DNA of 63,414 bases, counting the filler, from Trichomonas gallinae (lineage: Eukaryota): assembly GCA_008369845.1 (NCBI GenBank). It is 7 parts of 7 records of this genome, joined end to end, with 100 filler letters (N's around TTAATTAATTAA, not from the genome) between each part and the next. Parts side by side here need not be neighbours in the genome. Positions count along the whole stretch, not along the records: positions 53,415 to 63,414 come from MRSU01001270.1; 6 more parts are not named here. One strand, given 5' to 3'. The notes beneath the pieces are model-generated. The model saw only the letters and a list, made by a program, of their open reading frames with translations, was not told where the DNA came from and searched no databases. The translations under genes were made by a program, and so were the position numbers. This document shows, in pieces, positions 56,333 through 63,414 of the stretch; position 1 is the first letter of the stretch; each line of letters starts with the position of its first letter.

Positions 56333-56824
56333 TTATTTTGTTGGGAAAAAGATTTCTACGAATTCATCATATGTGAGTTCGCCATCACCATCTTCATCGA
56401 ATTGCTTGATGAGGTATTCAACTTGTTTCTCTGTCTTTTCAACGCCAACAAGATGAAATGCAGCAACAAGATCTTTGATGCCAATTTTAGAATTGTCATC
56501 GAAATCGAACTGTCCGAAAGCCTTTTCAACGACTTCTTTTCTTGTTTGTTCCTGATAATACTTTGTCATGATCTTCGAGAAAATCTTCAAAGGCATTCCA
56601 TCATTGTTGCAATCATAATGCTCAAAATATTTGTCAGTCCTAGCCTTTGACATTTCGAAGCCGAGAGCACGGGAAGCGAATCTGAATTCGTGTTTATCTA
56701 AAGTATTCGAGCTATTAGAGTCGAATGTCTTAAACGCTGTAGTAATTTCGTCATCGTGGTTTGCATCAATGATGGGCTGCTTTGGGTCTATTTCTTGCTT
56801 GTTTGCACTTCTTCTCGCGCTCAT
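56333..56824 (-). CDS. Centrin/caltractin-like EF-hand protein
   Basis: EITTAFKTFDSNSSNTLDKHEF, RALGFE, KAFGQFDFDDNSKIGIKDL and FDEDGDGELTYDEF. Confidence 0.88.
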   Translation of the reverse strand: MSARRSANKQEIDPKQPIIDANHDDEITTAFKTFDSNSSNTLDKHEFRFASRALGFEMSKARTDKYFEHYDCNNDGMPLKIFSKIMTKYYQEQTRKEVVEKAFGQFDFDDNSKIGIKDLVAAFHLVGVEKTEKQVEYLIKQFDEDGDGELTYDEFVEIFFPTK

Positions 56825-57488
56825 AATAATAACGGTTAGAAAACTGACACAGTTATGTAAGGATTTATTTTGGTTTAATAAGCTCCTGTTATATTACTTA
56901 TCAAATTACATAGCGATTTCAGCAATGAAATCCCATCAAAAACCAATATTCAAAATTTCAAAATATTTTTCTAATTTATAATATCAATATTTTGGATATA
57001 AATTAATTGGTACATACATATTCTATATATATGGTTTATGATCACTAAAACCTAATTGCTATTCAGAAGAAAATTATTTGGCAACATTAATTTTAGATGT
57101 CAAAATTACTATCCTTCAGCATCCGTTGTATATATAATACGTTGAGGTACTTGTGGATAAATATGATACGTGCAAAGTTTAGATCAATTTCCTAGAGCCC
57201 TCCAAAACCAATAAATACTCTTATATCATGTCTATTAATAATAAATATCCTATATTTTTATTTTTGACTAGTCAAAAAATTGAATAGATCCCCAAAAAAT
57301 GAATGACGATATTTATATTCATGTTATTTTTTCCGACAAAGGATATTCTATAGTGAAGGTCCTCCCAACAAAATGATCGTGATGAGTTCCATTTTTGGCA
57401 TAATGGAAGGAATTATTTTTGACACGTAAGTCACAAAAATGCCAAATAAAATGAATTTGACATGTAAATATTCAATTTATAAACGAAC

Positions 57489-60473
57489 ATGACTGACGAC
57501 GAAAAATGGCTGTTCGAGATCAATAAAAAGATTGCGGCACTGACAAAGATCGTCTTCCAGCTTCACACAGAAGCAACTGATAGGAAAGATGAAGTCGCCA
57601 GATTAAAAGTTCGTTATGAAGATGAATTAGATCAAGCATTGAAGGCTTCACAGGATCGAATAGAACAAGCACAGAAAGAAGTACAAAATTATAAACAATC
57701 TATCGAAAAAACTGTAAGACAAGCATATGAATCAGAATTTAATAAAGTGAAAAAGCTCTATGATCAAGCAAATGACCAGTTAAATGCGAAATCTAGGACA
57801 ATCATCGACAATTCGAACAAAAGACTCAATCAATTAAAGAAAGAAGTTGAAGAGCTCAAGAAGAAAGCCGATTCACAGAATAATTTATTCGAAAATGCAT
57901 CAAAAGAGCTTGAAAAAGTAGCAGCGGACGCAATTGCCAAAGTCGAAGACAAACATAAAAAAGAATTAGCGAAAAAAGTCACAGAAGCGAATAAAAAATA
58001 CAACCAATTAGTTGTTGCTACATCAAAGAAAGAAGAGGAAATGAAAGCACGCTTCGAAAAAGAACTACAGGATCTTAAGAATCAATTAGCAGCTGGACAA
58101 AAGAATCAAGCCGAGATGCTGGCTTCCAAACAGAAGGACATAGATGGAAAAATCAAAAGACTTGAGATAACACGCGATACAGTGCAAAGAGGGGTTGATG
58201 AATTAAAACAATTGCTTGAAACACAGCAAAACCAGATTGAATCCAAATTGAAACTGATCCAAGAACAGCGCCAGAGACTTGCCAACCAATCAGAAATAGA
58301 ATTAGCTGAATTAGAAAAGAAATTAAAAGAATCTCAGCAAAATCATGAGCTTGAGATGCAAAAAATCCAGCAAATGATTGACCAAGCTCAAGCTGATCAT
58401 GAAAAGGCTGTCGCTGAACTAAAAGCACAAGTAGAAAAAGCAAAACAAGACCACGAGAAAAAACTCGCAGAATTAGCTGCACAATCGAAGTCATCAGCCG
58501 AAGATGGCGAAGCTAAAAAGAAGAAATTACTAGCTCAGCACAAAGCAGCCATGGATGAGCTTAAATCCAAGCACGCGCAATTTGTCCAAGACTGCGAGAA
58601 AAGGGAACAAGAGCTTCAGAAGCAGTTGGAAGATTTACAGAGAAAACACGAATCATCTATGAAGAAAATTAAAGGTGATATTGAGAAAGAGAAGAAAAAT
58701 CATGCAGACGCAATGGCAGCCCTTGATGTACAGCATCAGCAGGAACTGCAGAGACTCGCTGAAGAGCATGAAAAAGAGATGCAAAAACTTAAAAATGAAT
58801 TCGAAAATGCATCAAATAATTCTTCGAACAGTTTGAAGGATATTTTGGACGAAATCGAGCGTGTTAAGAAAGAAATACAGCAGATAAACAAAGATGGTGA
58901 AGATGAAATAGCGAGAAGACAGAAAGAGAGAGAAGAAATGGAGCAGAAAATGAAGGATGAGCATCAAAAAAGAATGGAAGAAATCAAGAAAAATCATGAA
59001 GAAAGAATGAAGAAACTTAACGAAGAAACTGAAAGCAAAATACAGAAGATGAACGAAGAGCACCAGAATAACATGAAGACAATAGAAGAAGAGGCTGCTA
59101 ATAAGCTCAAAAATGACTCAGAGAAACTTAAAAACGACATCGAATCCGCGAGAATGAAAGAATTAAATGAACTCAAGGCAAATTGGGAAAAGAAGATAAA
59201 CGAGATCAAACAAAAAATCGAATCAAGGCAGAAAGCCAAAGCAGACGCAGAGCACTTCTTAGCAGAAGAAACAGCTAAGAGACAAGCGAAAATAGATCAG
59301 CTGAGAAGTGAACTGGAGAAACTAAAGAAAGATTGGGCAGCAGAAAAAGATAAAATCAATGCTGAATGGTCAGCGAAGCTCGAGAATCTAAAGAAGGAAA
59401 ATGCAGAAGCAGAAGCACGAGCTGAAGAACAGAGAAGACAGAAAGACGCAGAATATCAAAAGGCTCTCGATGAATTAAAAGCTCAGCTCGCAACTGAAGA
59501 AGAAAGGAAGAAACAAACCATTGCTGACTTAGAAAGCAAAATTGCCCAAAAAGAGAAAGAAAATGAAGAAGAACTTAAGAGGCAAAACGAAGAAATAGAG
59601 AAATTAAGACAACAGAGAGCCAAAGAAATCGAAGAATTGGAAAAGAAAATTGCTGCTCTTAAAAATGATACAAATAAACGTGTCGAAGAAATTGACAACG
59701 AGAAAAAGAAAGAGTTGGCAAGATTACAGGCTATTTATGATGATGCCAAATCAAAAGGTGACGCAGAAATAGCGAGATTGCAAAAACAGCTCGATTCAGT
59801 CAAAGAAGAACACGAGAAAACTCTGAGCGAACTAAAAGCAAAAATAGCCAAAGAAGAAGAAGACGCCAGACAAAGACTAGCAGCTATGAAGGCAGAAAAT
59901 GACAGGATACTTAACGAAATTAAAGCTAAACACAGAAATGAAATGGACAAGTTGAATGCCGAGCTCTCGAGATTGAAAGCTGAAGAGCAGGAGATAGAAA
60001 GACAGCACACAGAGAAACTCTCGCTGCAGCAGAAAGACTACGAGAAGAGATTGGAGGCCATCAAGAGGAAATACGACGCAGAGAAAGAAAAGATTACCAC
60101 AGAAATTTCAAAGGTCGAAGCAGAAAAGAAAGCGAAAATTGCAGAGCTCGAAGAAGAAACAAGGACGTGGGAAGACAGATACAACAACAGAGAAGCTAGG
60201 CCAGAAGACATAGAAAAGATCCAAAAGCTGGAATCTTTAATTGCCGAGAGATCTGCAGCCATAGAAAAAGTCCAGTCTGAGCTGAAAAGGTACCAGGCAG
60301 AGCTTCTGAACAGGGAGACGACATACAACAAAGTTTTCAACAACAAGCCACAAGTCAATGTTCTTTCTGCACTCGAAAGAAAAGCTAGGAGAGATGCAAT
60401 TATTGCTGCTGCTAATTCATCATCAAAACTTCCGCCTGTTAATAAGGATTCTCATGAATCTGCACGAAAATGA
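57489..60473 (+). CDS. FAM184-like long coiled-coil protein
   Basis: N-terminal KKIAALTKIVFQLHT and C-terminal REARPEDI...ELLNRETTYNKVFN...PQVNVL match the conserved ends of FAM184A/B as I recall them; about 900-aa coiled coil between. Confidence 0.82.
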   Translation: MTDDEKWLFEINKKIAALTKIVFQLHTEATDRKDEVARLKVRYEDELDQALKASQDRIEQAQKEVQNYKQSIEKTVRQAYESEFNKVKKLYDQANDQLNAKSRTIIDNSNKRLNQLKKEVEELKKKADSQNNLFENASKELEKVAADAIAKVEDKHKKELAKKVTEANKKYNQLVVATSKKEEEMKARFEKELQDLKNQLAAGQKNQAEMLASKQKDIDGKIKRLEITRDTVQRGVDELKQLLETQQNQIESKLKLIQEQRQRLANQSEIELAELEKKLKESQQNHELEMQKIQQMIDQAQADHEKAVAELKAQVEKAKQDHEKKLAELAAQSKSSAEDGEAKKKKLLAQHKAAMDELKSKHAQFVQDCEKREQELQKQLEDLQRKHESSMKKIKGDIEKEKKNHADAMAALDVQHQQELQRLAEEHEKEMQKLKNEFENASNNSSNSLKDILDEIERVKKEIQQINKDGEDEIARRQKEREEMEQKMKDEHQKRMEEIKKNHEERMKKLNEETESKIQKMNEEHQNNMKTIEEEAANKLKNDSEKLKNDIESARMKELNELKANWEKKINEIKQKIESRQKAKADAEHFLAEETAKRQAKIDQLRSELEKLKKDWAAEKDKINAEWSAKLENLKKENAEAEARAEEQRRQKDAEYQKALDELKAQLATEEERKKQTIADLESKIAQKEKENEEELKRQNEEIEKLRQQRAKEIEELEKKIAALKNDTNKRVEEIDNEKKKELARLQAIYDDAKSKGDAEIARLQKQLDSVKEEHEKTLSELKAKIAKEEEDARQRLAAMKAENDRILNEIKAKHRNEMDKLNAELSRLKAEEQEIERQHTEKLSLQQKDYEKRLEAIKRKYDAEKEKITTEISKVEAEKKAKIAELEEETRTWEDRYNNREARPEDIEKIQKLESLIAERSAAIEKVQSELKRYQAELLNRETTYNKVFNNKPQVNVLSALERKARRDAIIAAANSSSKLPPVNKDSHESARK

Positions 60474-60745
60474 TTTTTCATTTGTTTTATTATTTTTTTT
60501 TATTGTTTGTTATATCATTAAATTGTTTTCTAAAATTAAAATATTTATTTAATCAACTTCATTACAGCATCGCCATGAACTTAATTATCATAGAAGTTTC
60601 TCCAAAGAAATAACAATAGGATGACTTTCGATAAAAGAATAAATATCACATAGTTTGAAGTGGAAAAAATTAAAGATTGTTATAATGCTCTATTTAAAAC
60701 AACATAATATACAAACAAACATATATTTTGTGTCACAATCGAGTA

Positions 60746-62314
60746 TTATAATTCTGGCATGACCTTTGGTTCTGAATCTTCTTCATTGTCGAGTTCTGTC
60801 TGCTTTTCTGGGTCTTCTGGTGGATTGTTTCTGTTCTTCCAGCAATGGATGAGGAATGGCGCAGCAAAGCATGAGCAAACGAGAGCAGCAGTCGCATCAT
60901 TTGAGCAGTATGCATAGAGGACTGTCACAGGGGATTTGTCCTTTGTTGCATAGTGGAAGATGCAAGAATAAATCGGCGAGGAGCAAATTTCTGTGATGAT
61001 GCTGACGATGATTGACTTGATGTTCTGCTGTGTTGCCTGGAGGAAAGCGATCAAGATGAACTTCAATGAGGAGCAGATGAAGGCGTAGAAGCATGGTGGA
61101 TACATGACTTTTGACCACTTCAAGAAGCTGTCACCATTCGAGAAAATACTTCCGATTTGTTTGCCGAAGACAACCATGACAACCGTGATGATTGCACCAT
61201 ATATGATGCAGATGTAGACGACAGTCCATGTGAGCATGAGAACTCTCTTCAAGTCCTTCCTGCCGAACGCGTATGAACATGCTGGGAGATATGATGTTAC
61301 CAAGGCGAATGGGAAGCAGAAAGTGAGTGGATAAACTCTTGCGATTGAGCTGAATACAGCGATGACTGATTCGTATTCACCAACCCATTGTGCTCTGATT
61401 GATATGAACTTCATTGAAACAAGTGAAGGAATGATGTAGGATAAGTTCATGATCAGCGCTGAGATGCCGATCTTGATGGCCTCCCATGTCTCCTTGTCGA
61501 ATTTCTTGCAGTACATAGGAATCTGTGGCTTAGCTGCGAACTTTCCTCTGAAGAGCAGGAACATGATGACGCAGGATGGAAGGAACATGGCAATCTCTGT
61601 AGCTAGTGATGATCCCATTGGTTTTCTTGTGAAATAAAGCAAAAGTGGGTCCCAGCAAGCCATGTTCAAAATCATCGATGAAACTTGGGCGATGGCGTAT
61701 GTCCACGTTCTGCCTTCTGATTGCAATGCACCACAGAGGCACTGATAAGTGCATGTGATGAAGTTCAATGCCAAGAGAGGTGTGACGTAGTTGAATGACA
61801 TCGAAGAAATGTGTGCATCTGCTCCAAGGAACTTAAAAAGTGGTTTTGATGCTGGAAATAATATGGCAGGGACGAAGCATCCAATGATCAAACAAATCCT
61901 TAGAAGGTCAACGATCACCTGGTTGATGGTGCTATACTTGTTCTGCGAAATTAAATGTGAAATTTTGGTCGCAGTTGCAATTGACATAAACATGCCGAAA
62001 GCGAGGGCGGTGTTATCAATTACGAATGCAATTGATAATGCAGTAAGTCCAATTTCGCCAATAAACCTTGAAACCCAAATTGAATCAACAACACCGTATA
62101 AAGCAGTGACAATTTGTGATATAAGTGGACCAGGACATAGCATAAGGATGGTTTTCAATGGAGAGTGACCTCCTAAGCGTTGGTGCTCATCAGATTTTTT
62201 ATCTTTTTGCTCGTTATTTTCTTTGTTTTGAATTTCATTGTCGGCAACATCGGCCTTAGGATCGATATCGTCCATTTTCTCTGTTGCTTCCTGGATAGTC
62301 TGGTTAGCGCACAT
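60746..62314 (-). CDS. MATE-family efflux transporter
   Basis: LGGHSPLKTI, ALYGVVDSIWVSRFIG, ALQSEGR, DPLLL and SYAFG; about 12 hydrophobic segments. Confidence 0.93.
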   Translation of the reverse strand: MCANQTIQEATEKMDDIDPKADVADNEIQNKENNEQKDKKSDEHQRLGGHSPLKTILMLCPGPLISQIVTALYGVVDSIWVSRFIGEIGLTALSIAFVIDNTALAFGMFMSIATATKISHLISQNKYSTINQVIVDLLRICLIIGCFVPAILFPASKPLFKFLGADAHISSMSFNYVTPLLALNFITCTYQCLCGALQSEGRTWTYAIAQVSSMILNMACWDPLLLYFTRKPMGSSLATEIAMFLPSCVIMFLLFRGKFAAKPQIPMYCKKFDKETWEAIKIGISALIMNLSYIIPSLVSMKFISIRAQWVGEYESVIAVFSSIARVYPLTFCFPFALVTSYLPACSYAFGRKDLKRVLMLTWTVVYICIIYGAIITVVMVVFGKQIGSIFSNGDSFLKWSKVMYPPCFYAFICSSLKFILIAFLQATQQNIKSIIVSIITEICSSPIYSCIFHYATKDKSPVTVLYAYCSNDATAALVCSCFAAPFLIHCWKNRNNPPEDPEKQTELDNEEDSEPKVMPEL

Positions 62315-62719
62315 AAGAAATATGAAATATGAAAATTTTTTTCTTTATAAAAAATTCAATCGATTCAATGGGTTGGTCGTCAAAAGTGACCATGATATAG
62401 ACCCTCTTATAAGCAAAAATAGCTAAATTTTGGAGATTTGTTGTCGATTTCAATCAATTTGAGAAGAAAAAAAAAAAGTTGATGGCTTTTTTACGAAAAT
62501 TTAGGCATTGAAATAATTGTGAATCGCTTTATTTACGGTTGTAATATTGATACTTCTAATGACCCAAGTCCTTTTGCATTAAAATTTTTGGGAAAATCTT
62601 GGTTCAATATAACCTTATTTGCTCATTCATGTTCCACCTATCAAACTCCTACAGTCATCATTACACCAATGATATCTACTTTAGTAGCAGATTAATATAC
62701 CTTCCTATCAAAAAAATTT

Positions 62720-63130
62720 CAAATTTTTATGAAATAATCATTTGAAATGTAACAAAATTTACAGAATTTATATCTTGACAATCATGCATAAATCACTTTT
62801 ATCATTAAAATAATAATATGCAACTGTTAAAATTTCATAATCATTCAAATTTAGATTCAATAACATTGAATTTTCACAAAATTTACCTATTTTATTTCAA
62901 AATAATCACTTATAAATCACTTTCATCATCAAACCAATAATATGCAGCTGTTTATATTTCAAAATTCATCAAAATCAGAATCAATATAATTGAAATCTAA
63001 AATTATTTACCCATTATATATCTACATAATCAATCAAATATTACTTTTATCTTCAAACTAATGATATGAAACTGTTTAAATTTCATAATCATTTAAAATT
63101 AGAATCAATATCATTGAAATTAAAATTATT
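62720..63130 (+). repeat. Degenerate tandem repeat, 124-bp unit, about 3.3 copies
   Basis: ATTTAC at 62757, 62881 and 63005; (T/C)ACTTT...AATRATATG-A-CTGTT...TTTCA at 62793, 62917 and 63041. Confidence 0.8.
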
Positions 63131-63288
63131 TTAGAAATGTTCTTGATTTACAATACAAACCATTTATTTGGAACGATTATTAATGAAATACAAAAAGATG
63201 AATTTCATATCATGAAAAAATATTATCAAAATTTAATATTGTTGAATTTTAGAAAAACTTTGTTATAATATTCATATATATCCAAATA

Positions 63289-63414
63289 TAAGGATGTCAC
63301 TTTGGAAGAACCTTAGGAAAATGCAAAAACGCCTAAAACCAATCTTCCAAGCGACGATTATTTTTGTAAAAATTTTGTAAAATACGAAAAAAACCATGAT
63401 TTTACCCATTAAAA
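63289..63414 (+). repeat. Dispersed repeat copy 2 (runs off the window end)
   Basis: Matches 41358-41481 except for a 20-bp inverted segment and a few substitutions or indels. Confidence 0.85.

Noticed and set aside
56830..56837. AACCGTTA matching the motif-3/Myb recognition element upstream of centrin
   Set aside because: Only 6 nt from the ATG and downstream of the likely Inr, an atypical position; a single short match
58153..60358. S/F/L-rich minus-strand ORFs
   Set aside because: Antisense of the E/K-rich coiled-coil gene
62720..63130. CRISPR-like regular spacing
   Set aside because: Whole units are homologous with no unique spacers, no cas genes, and the context is eukaryotic

Overview
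AT-rich eukaryotic DNA with dense, almost intron-free genes, TCA(T/C)T initiator-like elements next to start codons and typical expanded families (CAMK/TKL/CK1 kinases, PP1-like phosphatase, R2R3 Myb, Rab, DHHC, MATE, ankyrin relics, PPi-type PFK). This points to a trichomonad (Trichomonas-like parabasalid); the assignment is an inference. The window is seven contigs joined by six artificial 100-bp linkers (N44-TTAATTAATTAA-N44), so adjacency across linkers is not biological evidence. It holds about 26 intact protein genes, one tRNA-Arg(ACG), an internally deleted and frameshifted hAT transposase, several pseudogene relics and some repeats. No multi-gene novel system is evident. The most interesting signals are: (1) two candidate non-canonical mini-introns flanking a 12-nt micro-exon that would rescue the start of an HP1-like chromodomain gene; (2) a recurrent upstream motif TGACAYGTAA and a second motif GACCCT; (3) a dispersed repeat whose two copies differ by an exact 20-bp inversion; (4) a motor-less protein resembling the DNAH6-type dynein N-terminus; (5) PFK and DHHC paralogues with altered catalytic motifs.
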